A program made the position numbers and the translations under genes. From Yuukianura sp. NJ FZ-2021 (Eukaryota), in NCBI GenBank assembly GCA_046563655.1, contig CM102289.1, positions 8,060,001-8,124,000 on the forward strand: a stretch of 64,000 bases of DNA, written 5' to 3'. Below are positions 14,207-27,100 of the stretch, piece by piece; the stretch's first letter is position 1; each line of letters begins with the position of its first letter. A model generated the notes under the pieces. The model was not told the origin of the DNA. It made no database searches and was given only the letters and a program-made list of their open reading frames with translations.

Positions 14207-17200
14207 GAGATGTCGAGCAGTTGCGGTGTTTTCAAGTAAAGATTTGAGTAGTTAAGTTAAGTAGGCCACAATTTAATTATAAATTCATGAAACTTTGAAA
14301 CCCGTTTGTCTTCATCAACTGTTAAGACAGTAAAGTTTTAATAAAGTTCATGATAAAGTGTGTGTGTGTCAGTGTTTTGTGTGGTGTGGTGTGTGGTGGG
14401 AAAGTATGAAAACTGAAAATTGCTGAGGTTTGCTATGAACGTCAAGAAAATGTTTGCTGTCCACAGTAATGATCCGCCATGAGGCCGTTAAGATCCAAAT
14501 AAAGTTTAGAAATGATTTATGGGTTCATGGTTCATGATTTTAAATGAACATATTTTTGGAAATAAAACTTTCAGAAAGTGAAGAATTAAAAACACAATTT
14601 TGGAAGTTTAAAAAAATCGTGTATTTCAAAAACAAACTTTGGTTTGAACAAAAACCGGAGGAGGTCAAAAGAGCAACAAACTTTGGGGAATCTAATCCAT
14701 CAATCTGAGAACCGTCAAAAAGTTGGAAAGTGACTAAAACTTTGTGGTAATCTTAATTTCTCTTTTGCCATGGTATAACTTTCTCCACAAAATTTTAGGT
14801 CTCAGAAGGGATGTTGGAGGGAGTAACTATTTCAGTTGTAATCTAAATTCCTTCGTAATAATAATGGCCTTGTCAGCAAATTCAAAATTGGCTTCTGCAT
14901 GGTTTCCGGGAACATGGAACCAAGGGGGAGAAAGTTTGAGATGAAATCTTGCTGCGTTCACAGGAAATCAGTCTTTCTTAACAAAATGTGCTAGATGAAC
15001 CTTAGATGAGCAGATTAACAGAATCGATTAATCTTCTCCACTACTCTCTTTCTCTTCATTTTCATACTTCCATCAAATAAGAATACTGGAAAACTACGAC
15101 AAAGTTGCTCAAGAGAAACCTCAAAACTAGAGTGGAACCTATATACACACAAGATCTAAAATTCCTTTGAATTTGAGTTTTTAGTTGGAGGTAAAACTTT
15201 ACAAAATGAGAATCTAGGCACAGAGTTAGAAAAAAATTGAGTTTTTTTTTCAAATGTCGTTTTTGCAACCTACTTCAAAGAATTATTTTTGGAAATGTAA
15301 CTTCTCAGAAATCGCTAAACTCTTTGGAGATTCGAATACTTTTAAATTGCATAATTTTAGATACAAGATTTTAGAACATGAATTCTGAAGTGACCACGAA
15401 GTTGAAAACTGGTTGCTTGAACTTTGCTACAATTTGAAAAATTGCTACTTGGTCCAATTTGAAATTCTAAAAATAGAACGTGAGATCCAGAAACTGGAAG
15501 CCTGTCACTTTGTAAGTTTGAAATGCGAAAGGGCAGAGGGAACTTTCACTTTGGTTCAGTCAGTTGCTGAGGTTTGGTGAAAGTGGATGCAAGGCTCTAC
15601 TTGCTCCTCTTCATCTTTAGGCCAACAGCACGTGGCGCAGAAATTCAAAAATATAAACAACAATTAGTTTAGTTTTTAGTTAATCACATTCAATTCGTGT
15701 TCAAAACAGACTTCAGTGATTAAGAATTGTGCTACCCATATCGTTTCCAAAGTTTTCATGAAAATGTAGCACGAATTCTGAAAACAACAAAGGTAAATGT
15801 TTTATACTTTATTAAAACTTTCAATTTTCTCGTTTTCAGAAAAACAACTGTGGAATGGCAGGCCAAGTAAATACATTTTTAAGTAAAGTTTTGGATGGTT
15901 ATAACGTTGTGTATAATTTCCCAGTGTGTTTTGTTAACCTACACTACCTTTTTGTGTTTGAAACTAGTGCTAGATACACAACTAACCTAATCCCACCGTA
16001 ACCTAATCTCAAAACATTCAGCAATGTTCAAAACAAGTTTGGGCAGAATCTTTGTCCAAAAGTAGCAAGTTTTTGGCATATTTGGCTCAAATAAGGTTTC
16101 CATTGCTCCTGGCAAACCAAACTAAAAAGAAGTTTTTACTTTCACTATAAGTTTTTTGCAGCTGAAAACGAAGAATCCCTGTTCCTTGTAATTGTAAATG
16201 GAGAAAGCAGAGGATAAAACTATCCTCTCTAGGAATCTTAAAATGGTACAATAGATTCAAAAACTTTTCAATTTGGAAATCTTTCTGGAGGGCGGGAGAA
16301 AAGAGAGTCTAGTATCCACAAAATATGCAACTTTACTTCAAAATAAAAAAAAAAGTTTTGTAAACTTTTTTTTCAAAATGATAGAGAACATCTTTTACCC
16401 CATTTGAAATGTCATGCATCATTATCTCTGAACAGGATTTGGCATAGGGTAATAAACCATGCGTATACTAATGTAACCACTTCAATATTTCCAATATGGC
16501 GGCCCAAGACAAATGGCCTTTTCCAAATCTGTCACGCTTTACGCAATCCAATTTCTCTTCAACCTACATTCAAAACTGCCTCAATTTCAAAAAAAAGTAA
16601 CAAAAAAATATAACAAAGAATGTAACAAGAAAAATCCACTTCAACAATCTCCATGCTCCTGTCTGCGAACTGTCTAAAACGTCTAAAGCTTAAAATTTCA
16701 AAATAACATGGCGGCAAAACGAGGACAAGAAATGTATGTAAATTCAAATTCTAAAAAAATGTTTGAACAAAAGACTAAAAAATCAGGATGTCAAAAGAGG
16801 GAAAGCGACTATTGACTGAAGCTCTTTATTCAAATACTTTCACCCTTCTACCTCCAAATTCCAGCCAAATTTTTGAAATTCTAGCGGGAATTTTTTGAAA
16901 ATTCTAAAAATAGTCCCGTCCCTGTCTATTTGAATGTTTGCCCGCCCTTTCCCTTCAGCCAACTTTTTCTGCTCCAAAAATCCCATGTTTCTATGCATCA
17001 TGACATTAGATTTTTGGTCATCCTCTTTTGTCTCCCTGTCAAAAGTCTTTTAGGACAAAGTGACTTTCACTTTATGAAATTCTGAAAAAAAAAACGAAAA
17101 AGGTTACGTTCTCTTTCCGAAAACTTTTAGTGCCACAAATGGTTCCACATTTTTGAAAAGAAAAGTTATGTTTTTGCAACCACCAAAAAGTTTCCCTTCC

Positions 17201-20200
17201 ACTTCCGCATTTCCTTGTCTGATGTTATTTTCATGTCTCATTTTACGATCATTAGTGGTTTTCGTGTTTGTTCTAGGAAGGGAACAGCGTATTAACGCTG
17301 TTAGTTGTATTATAGAAACCACCAAAGTACTAAAATCCAAATTCTAAGCTCAAATGAACAGCTAGAGCCGTTAGGCTTCTAAAAGGAAGGACTAGAAACA
17401 CATTCGACTAAAAGTAATTTTGGAAGTTGACATTGGAAGTGGTGAAAGTTTGGTGGTTGGGAATGGGGTCTTAATAATACTAATCCAATGTGCACAAACA
17501 CGTACCTTCCGGGTTTAATTTCAGAAGCAACAGCAAACTACTAAAAAGGTTTTTGCTCTTTGGTTTCGAAAACAATTTGGAAAAGTAAAAAAACAAGCAA
17601 AAAGTTCTAAAAAGAACGGGGGAAAAAACAACAGAAAATGCAGCAAACAGCAATAAATTTGCCCAACCTCAAAAAAACTACAACAATTTAAAACAAAAAG
17701 ACAAACAAATTCTTGGAACTTTCACCAGGTTTGGTCGCAAATCCACTTATGTTAGGTTTTTGTACAAAATAGGGTGTTAAAGTTGGGAGTGTAGATTTTT
17801 TAGAAAAAGCGATGTAATCACTTTTTTAGAACAGGTTTTGAGCAATTTTAGAACAACCATAGTGGGATTACGGGTGTTAAGGAGTAGTGGAATGTCGAGA
17901 TTAAATGGAAACCAAGTTTCTTCTGAATTATTTGGTGAAAGATGGGGAAGATGCAAATGACTTTTCCAAGTCGAAAGACTTTCCTTATCTTCAAAACTCC
18001 ACCGACGGATGGAGAAAGCAATTAGAGTTGGGCATTCGGGCTAAAGTCAACCATATACTACTAGCATAGTATATTCTTGGTGCCCAACTCTGCAACTGGG
18101 AAAGTTACGAGGCCCTTGGAACAACGTTTGAGCTTGATTTATACGGAATATAAGGACTCTCGTTCCTTAGGACTTGAAATTAGTTTGAAAAGTCACAAGA
18201 AAAGGCGGGAAGAGGCACAGTGGCTAATTTTATTAGACGCTTAAGAGCTCTTCACAGCCTTTCCAACTTTAGGTTCACACATTTAAGAAACCAACTCGAG
18301 GAAATCGACTTGACCCAAATTTGTAACGCGTGAGGAAAACCACATTAGTCACTTCTGGTTCAAAGTCAATTTGGAAAATCGGAAATCAAAGTAGGAGGAG
18401 AAAGTTTTAAGATTTTGGAAAAAGTTGAAAAGAATTTTTAAAATTAGGCCACCACAAAAACTTCCAGAAAAAGAGAAAATGAGAGGCGGGATTATTTCCA
18501 ATTCAGTTCTCAATATGATTTGTGTGAAAAATTTTGAAATTGGAAAAAAGAAATGTGCATGATTAACTTTCACTTCTTCGTGGATGATTATTTCTCATTC
18601 ACGAAAATCTTTGGGAGGAAAATTTGAAGAAAGTAAGGAAAGCGTAATGCTGCAGAAAAGAAACTTTTTTCATCTTCTTTTTCCTCAAAAATTTGAGTTT
18701 CTGATTAAAAGATTTGCAAAAACGTCCCTTTGGAAGCTCCTTTGCTTTTTTTCTGTACTTTTCAAAAGATTTTCTAAAAGCCAGATCTCTATGGAGTTCG
18801 GATTTAGATTGAATAGAAGTAGAAAGCTTTTAATTTGTTTCCAGGAAGAATAGGGCTTAAGGCTTAAGTTTAAAATTAGAACGGAGGATTCAATTTCATT
18901 GTTACTTTAAAGAAAGTGAAAAGTTAGACTGCTCAATTTGATTCATTTGTAACACAAAAACAGTGTTCTGTTCAGCTGCAAAATTCGAAACATCAAAGGC
19001 TGGTTTAGGAATTTTCGAAAAACAAATTCCGTAATTGAAAAAGTTTGTTTTCAAGTTTTTTTTTATTAGCCTTTTTCTATGTGATAATTCCTTGGTTGTG
19101 TTTTTAAATTAGAAGTTTTGAAAAGTTGAAGCAGAGGCTATCCTCTGATTATACCCAAAACAAACGATTTAAATTATTCCGCTTAACAAATTTCGCTTTT
19201 TCGAAATTTCATTTCCGTTATCACCATGCATTCGCATGGAGGCTAAAAATAAAAGTTCATTCAACTTTGTGAGGACTTTCTCTTAAACCAGGAACTTTCT
19301 CCCCGCGTTTATGCTTGTTATGTTTGGTTAAGTGTTATGAATTGTTGTAACTTTTGTTTTGAAAGTGGCCTTGTAAAGGTGTTGCAATATTTCAGGGGGA
19401 TTTATTATTTATAGAAGTGACCCTAGAGAGTTGAGGACACAGCTATGATAAGCACTAGCCAAAATAGGATCCTCAAGGGAAATTCAACTTTCTTTACCCC
19501 CACACTTCCCAACTTCAACTTTCAACTTTCTCACTTCCACTTCCCATGCAAACGACCTCTGCACATCAACATCATCTCAACTGCAATTTCCGCACCTCTG
19601 AATTCTTAAAACAAAGCATTTTTAGAAACAAGCGTTACAAGAATTTCAAATTTGGCTTCAAATTCAAAACTACATCAATAATACATCAACTTAAGTCCAA
19701 TTTTAATTTTTAGACGCAAAATCATTGGTTCAAAAATTCGTTTTTCTTTCAAATCATGCAAGATTCAAGCAAATTTTGAAACTCATTGTCATAATTGATG
19801 AGTAATGAAATTTAAAATGCTAGTTTTTTTTTTTTAATTTTGAAAAATCAAAGTTTAAATTATTACATTGTGATATTTCGTGATGCTCACAAATGATCAT
19901 TAGTAGAAAACAAGTTTTCTTGAATCCGAAATGGTGTCATGTTTGTGTTGTCTAATTGCATTACTCATGCAAACAACATGTTATTTCACTCTAAACCGAT
20001 TTGAGAAACGAACATCCAAAATGTTTGTTATGCAAAACTGGCTTTCGGGGATCCCGCTTTCCCAAGTTTGAATTGAAAATGGAATATTGAATATTTTGCC
20101 TCAAAGATTTGGAAATGAGGCTGATCCTGCCTTGTTGTGGTTCCCAGTGGATTTTGGGATGTGCTGAATTTTTTGCTGTTGCAAAAGAAATTGGATCCAG

Positions 20201-21136
20201 GCGGTGTTGGTACCAATGTTTGTGTTTCCAGTATCTCTGTGTTGGCAGTATCGTTTGGGAAGATGACATTTTCAGAAAAGCAGGGAGAAATTGGGTGAAA
20301 GAGGGAAATGGTTCCCTACAGAAGCAAAAGTACCATTTCTATTCAATTGTGTATACAGAAATTACATCCTGGCAAAAAAGTTATGATTATCTCTGTACTC
20401 AAAATTTAATTTAACCCTAATGCTATAAAATGTTCCTAAAATTCCAAAAACCAAATGCTTCCTGTTCAAATTTCCGAAATTTTCAAAGTGCACCACCACT
20501 TTTCCAAAATAAACAGAAAAATTCAAAACTCTCGCCACCGGAAAACGGCAAAAATGACTTTCACCTAAAAATTGTTTCAACCAGAAACAAACTTTTCCTC
20601 ATTTCCTTCCTTTTTAAGCACCTCCTATTTTCAGCTTGTTTTTGAAATTAAGTTTGACGCGCATAATTTTTGTTTGAAGTTTGTTCTCAGCACAAGGCAG
20701 TAGCGGATGTAGAATCTGTGCCTCTGTAGAAATTCAAAAAATACACAAACATTTGAACAACAAACCAAAAAAAAGTTGGAAAAAGAAGTTTGCGATAAAA
20801 CAAAGTTAGTCAATTTAAAAAAAACTAGCGTAGCATAATAGCAAGTTACACCGTAGCTATTATTTTGACTTTTTTTAAATTTCTAAATTTTGTAGATTTT
20901 AAAATGTAAAGGTTATGTCAGGCTAGTTACGTTTTAGTTTCACCTACAAGAAAATCGTTTTTTTAACTGTAAGTTTAACTTTACTTCAAATGGACCAATT
21001 TCACAAATGGAGCTTCACGTTATGTGGAATTTGAAACTAAAGTAACTTCAGTTATTACACTCATTGCTTCTTTTTCTATTTGAACAGGACATTGTTCCGC
21101 TTTGGCCGGAGGAAGAAAAAACCCGCCCAAAGGAAA

Positions 21137-24100
21137 ATGGGACTAATTTCGAATACGAGACGCTGGAAATGGAAAGTTCATGATTTCCTATTTGCTTTCC
21201 TCCGAACTTTCTTCTTCGTTTCTCCTGGTAAATTGACTTACTTATTACCATTCTCATTTCCTTTTGCCCCTCTTCCGGAAAAGATGAAGTGGATCTGATC
21301 TGTGACTTAGAGGCATCATATGAATTGGAAGTGGACCACTTTCCTCTTCCCAAGTTAGGTTAGGATGCCTCAAGTTATGAACTTGGTACTTGCTACTACT
21401 AAGATAGATGTGTAGAGATTCCAAAAAGTCAATTTTCCGGTTGTAACTTTTTGGAGAAGGGAAAAAAATGGATACTCAAAAAAGAAACGAAGGATGGAAA
21501 AGATGTGTTGGTTATCATATCGTATCATCTTGGAGATTGATTTATTGATCATTCCCTTTATAGCTTTTTTCCCGAGTTACATTTTGAAGCATCTCTCCTG
21601 GTTCAGAAGCTGTAAAAAATGAGTTCAACTTTCTCTTTTTTGTAGAAAATGGTTCATTTTGAGCATTTTACGGGCCTTGTGTCAATGGGCTCTTCGGAGC
21701 TTGTTACGACTTGGCGGGAAATGTGTTTAAAAAAGCGGGAACGTTAAAAACAGGACTGTAAAAGGCAGACAAGTTAGAGTTATGCGCCGTACTTTAACAA
21801 TTTCTGGGCTCTTCAACTGCAAGAAACATTTGAATTTCAACTGCGGCGGTGGCGCGGTTTTTGAATTGAAACAACTTCCTTCCCTATCCGGCGGGTTTAG
21901 AATGAATTGCAAAGATGATTCTATTGAAGAACAAATTGCACCTCATCATTTTCCCTAAGTCTCAAGTGAGACAAGAAGTTGGCGGGAGAATTTGAAAGTG
22001 TTGTTTGGGGCTATGGCCCCCTTGAGCCTTGATACTTTGGCAGTGGGTGAAGATGTCTTTGCATGCAAATTAGAAATTCCTGAGAAGGAAGCGGGATCGA
22101 TTCCTCCCCTCCCTGCCTTGCAGTAAAAAAACACGGGCAGAGGAGGGTGGTGGCGGGTAAATTCAAGTCATCCGTGAACAAAACGTATGTTTTTCTCTCA
22201 CCGTTTTTGTTAGACTTTTAGGAAAACATAACACCCGAATAGCTTAACGTTATTTGGGATGTAAAGTTGCAGGATGTTGGTGGGAGAGGGGAGGGGTGTG
22301 AAAAGTACTCAAGTAATATTAGATCTACGACAAGGATTTACTTTCTCTCCGGAGAAAGTCTTTCTCACGACTTCAAATGCCATTCACACCTTTCCCACCA
22401 AAGTTTGTTTTCTTTTTTTTCAAAATTTCCTACATAAAAGTGAATTTCAAATTTTCCCTCAAAACCGAACTTCAACACCGTATGAACTTTTGTTTAAAAT
22501 TGTACTAAATGCCTCTGCGATTAAGAATCACAGATTTGTCGTTCATTGTGAGTTTTCAAAAAAAAAGCTTTTAAAAAATTATAAATTTGGAATCCATAAT
22601 TTTAGGCCCGGTAATTCAAAAAATCAAAATTCCAATTTCCAAAAATCAAAAAGCAAACAACAACAGTTTCTTCGTTTAAATTTTCTGAAATTTCACATTA
22701 GGTGAAAAGCAAAACAAAACTATAAAATAGAGCAAGGGCTGCGTTCTGTGATCCAATTTTGAAAATGTTTGTGCGTAATTGTAATTTTGAGAGACGCATT
22801 TTTATGGCCGAATGCCATCAAGGGCGTAAAAAGTGGAACCCGGGTAGCAGAATTTCCGAAAATTTCATTTCCCTTAGAACTTAATATTCACCTGGGTTTT
22901 TAGTTAAGCTTGCCGCCATCATGAAGGGCGCCCGGAGATCGTAAACTTTTGTACCAAAAGTGCATAAGGCCGTGGCGACATGCCGGGGAAGATGATGTGG
23001 AGGAGGGAGCGGGAAATATAAAATGAAAAGAATACTTAAACACAAGGCTTTATTTTTATTTGCCCAAAACAGGATTGTTTCTGGTACTAATACTGGAGAG
23101 GGCTGGTGATGCTGGAGCAGCATCGTCGTCGCCACGCGTAGACCTCGAAGGACCCTCTCTTGTTCAAACACCAAATCCAGTAACATATTTTTCAAACAGC
23201 GTTGGAACGACTTTGTCATGTTTAGGAAAAGGCCATCCGCCACTGGTTGTCTCTTGGTTGAGTCTACAAGGGGAACTACTTCCACAGATACCAGGATTAC
23301 GGTAACGCTTTACTTTTTTAGACAACGTTTTACTTTTTTAGAACAAATATAATCATTTTTAATGGTTCTGTGTTCTCCCCCTTCCGAAATGGTTGCTTAC
23401 GAGGATCAACTTTCTAGAAAAACAAAAGTGCAGAGGGAAAACTTAAACGAATTTGAAAAATTCATTCAGGAACAGCATATGGAAGTTCTCTAAACCAATT
23501 TAAAAATAAAACTTTAAAGTTTTCTACAAAGAAGAAACAAATTTCAGAGTCTGTGATGACTGCCGGGCGCCTTTTAATTTATCTTTGAAATTTCCGGCAA
23601 CCTTTGTTCGTCTGTTTGAAAACTTTTACTGAGCGTGTTACTGAAAAGTGAACCAAAAATTTCAAGAATTTTCTGTTTCGAAAAACAGTTTTCTTGTTAT
23701 TTCGGTTTTGTTTTGATAGAAAGGATATTGGCTAAACGTCATTGAATTTAAGCACGGCCAGAGGCGGGAAAAGCGTTTAGGAAAAAAAAGTTTCCATTTG
23801 CTTTCCTTTCTGTTTTCATTTCACTTTCTCTGTCAAAATGAAATGGAAAACTAGAGTTTTTTCTTCACCTAAAACCAATATGCCGCGTCAACACTTCTTC
23901 GGTTTCAGAACTAAAGATTCCGATTGGTGGATATTTTGGCTTTACTTTTTTTAGTATTCCCAAAACCTAACCTCGGTTGGACTAGGAAGTTGAAAAAGCT
24001 TTTATCCTCCGTCGCTTTCTCCACTGTGAGAAGCACTGACAAAGAAGATGAGATTTTTTTTTCGGTTTAAAAACTTTCACCGTCATTCCTTCACAGAGAT

Positions 24101-27100
24101 CAATTTCCGCTTCCGTTTTGATCCCACTGAAAGTTTCTTTTCTTTTGAGAAATGCAAACTGGAAGTTCCTCTCTAACGTTAGTTTTTCCTTGTTTGCCCA
24201 AAGTAAGATTGACGCTAGCCAAAAGGAAACTTTAAAATGAGGAAATTGAATCGCGGTATGGTCTTCAACCTATGTTCTTATAGCACTTTCTCTTTTAACT
24301 TTTTCCTTTGCCTACTTTTCACAGTCGTTTTCAATTCTAAAGCAAACAAAGAAAACAAAAATGCAACCGTTTGCACAAATTAATTTGCAAAATTGCTCCG
24401 ATTATTCGCTTTTGAATTTAAAAATAAAAATTCCCGATTCTATAAACAATAAACTTTTTTAACAAGAGCAAAAACTTTTTTACCCAAAAATTTGAAAGTT
24501 ATAGTTTTCAGACAAAAATCACAACTTGAGGTAAACTTGTTTAGAAAATTTTTATAGTCTAAGTTAAATTTTGCAGAAATATTGCAATGGGCTGAAAAGT
24601 GTAACGAGGGAAATATGTTACACTTAATGAAATGGGGATTTTGTCAGAAAAATGAAAAAGCTTAGAGCAGACTCCCATACGATACCGACTTGTGAAAAGG
24701 CGAGAAAATTCAGCCAGACTCCGAGAAATGGAAATTAGGAAGAAGAAAGTTGGAGAAAGTAGTTCACATGAGGAAATGAAAGAGAAATAAGGAAGTCCTG
24801 TAAGAAACTTTGTTTCGATGGGAAGAAAAAGGCCATTTAGAACTTTGAGATAATAAGCTAAATGCTGAGGGTTTGTTAAAGGAAAGGGACAATATGGAGG
24901 ATTTGAGTCTCCTCCGCACTCAAAACTAACTTTCTCTCCTAAACCTAACCTAGCCTAACTTTGTCCCATGAAACATTTTCTGTAGAAAATGGTCCTGATA
25001 GAATCTAAATAGTTTTCACTGGGGTTCTAATAGGATTATGACTCTGGCCACGAAAGGCTGAGCAGGAGCAGCCACCGAGGGACTTTCACTTGTCAACTCT
25101 TATTGCATTACAGACGCTCCCACACCTTCCCCCTCCAGAATCCGTCAAAATGATTTATTGTATTAGATGTACAAAGCTAAAGGCGAATCCTCTAAATTCC
25201 CGCTGCTAACATAACCTAACTTTATCCCACTAACCCTTAAGTTACAATAATGTTCAAGCCAACTTCATTCTTCATTAATTGACTTTCACCGACATCAATT
25301 CCTAAATTAACTTACAACTTTCACTCTGGCAAATTTATAAAACAGCGAAAATAATTTCCATTGTAGTCTTCTAACTTTTTTTTAAACTACCCTATTTCCC
25401 GGCGTATATCTCGCACCCGTGTATATTTCACACTAGCACCCGTGTATATTTCGCACGAGAATCCCTTGTATATTTCGCACTAGCACCCGTGTAAATTTCG
25501 CACTAGCACCCGTGTATATTTCGCACTAGCACCCGTGTATATTTAGCACTAGAATAGGTTATGGTTGAAATTTTTGTCAAACGTTTAAAGCAAGTAATAG
25601 CGTGCCAACCTTAGGTTGGTAATTCCCACGAATCAGATAACGCGCGGGTTATACGCCGTGAAATACGGTAATCAACCTTATCAACTCAGCTTCCGTTTAG
25701 CCAAAAATGTTGTGAAATCCCTGTAGAACGTAAAACTAGCATTTCCACTGTGACAAAAAAATAACAACACATTTTAGATTTACTTTTTTTTTGAAAATGT
25801 CAAGGTTGCAGAATTTGTGTCAACCTGGGTTACAACGTATGAAAAATGTATCAAAAAATTTCTTTTTTGCCTTCAGTGAAAGCCTGTCAAATGGATCTCT
25901 TTCCTTTGGATCATTTCGTTTTGAAGAGTACAGTCCGGATATTCATAACAGTCAGTTTCAATGTGCTGTGAGTAATCCTATGGGCACCTTCCTCAGTCCA
26001 ATCCTCACAGTTCGTGCAGGTAAGTAATATAAACCATAGTTACTCCCTCCACTACTGGTGAAAGTAGAGTGTCATTTCCCATATTTCCTTTTGACAACCC
26101 AGTTTGATTCAAAAGCGACTCCATGCTGGTTCCTGGCCTTTTGTCCAGGTCCCGTGGCGTTATTAATACCATTTGTAGGACTTCCGCTTACTTTCTCCAC
26201 TTTCTTTTGTACTCTTTTCAGTTCTGGACACGCCATTCGAACTGTTCATCACTTCTAGCATGGAGGAAGGGGAAATCATGGAAGGAAACCCTGTCGTTCT
26301 CCAGTGTAACATATCACCTTCCGCCTACTCCAACTTTGTACACGTCCTGGCATGGAAGTCTGTGGATCAATTTGGATACCAGACCCAGATTCTGTCAGAT
26401 GGGACAAGGTAAAACGCTTTCACTTTTTCCCGCTCTTTTTACCCGGTTCCTTCCATGCATGATTTCCTGTGGATAAATAAACTCTTGATCCCGCCCGCCA
26501 GCCTTCCTGACAAATAGGACCCATTCGACGATAATAATGCACAAATACATCTCTGTCATTACGAAAACAACGAAAGAGAAAGTTTGGATTTCCCCCCGCG
26601 CTGCTTTCTCTTAAACAGGTTCATTTCTTCAGACTTTTTCGTTTTTCTGGAAAAATTTTCAGAGAATAGCAAAAACAAGGGATGTTAAGGAACAAGCCCT
26701 TAAGCTGACATGTCAAGATCCAGAAAAGTAGACCAAAAAAAGTTGCCTCATTAAATTCTCCTTTAGATACATAAATAAAACAAAGCGTCTCAAGAGACTT
26801 TTAAGAAAAAACAAAAAGTTCGGGTGAAATAGAAAGTAGAAAAAGTTAAAAGCAGAAGCAGCAGCTTTTTTTTCGGAAATTCTCTAAGGCCCGTTCGCTT
26901 TTCTTTTTAAAGTAAAAGTCAAATTGATTGTGTAAGAGAGCCTGCAATGTTGCGGAAAGTTTTTTTTTCGTTATGAGGCTAACCTTAAGTATGGTTTACA
27001 TAAACCATACGTTTCAAGTGTACCTGAGTACGGGTGACTGAAGCCCCGCCCATTTTAAAAACATAAATAACATTGTGAAAGATACAGATGGTAATGGCTT

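Noticed and set aside
10400..21100. Many 60-140 aa ORFs in the Dscam upstream region
   Set aside because: F/K/L-rich translations of A/T-tract DNA with no domains or consistent splice structure.
25405..25552. 23-bp direct repeats resembling a CRISPR array
   Set aside because: Head-to-tail with no unique spacers, inside a eukaryotic MITE, and no cas genes.
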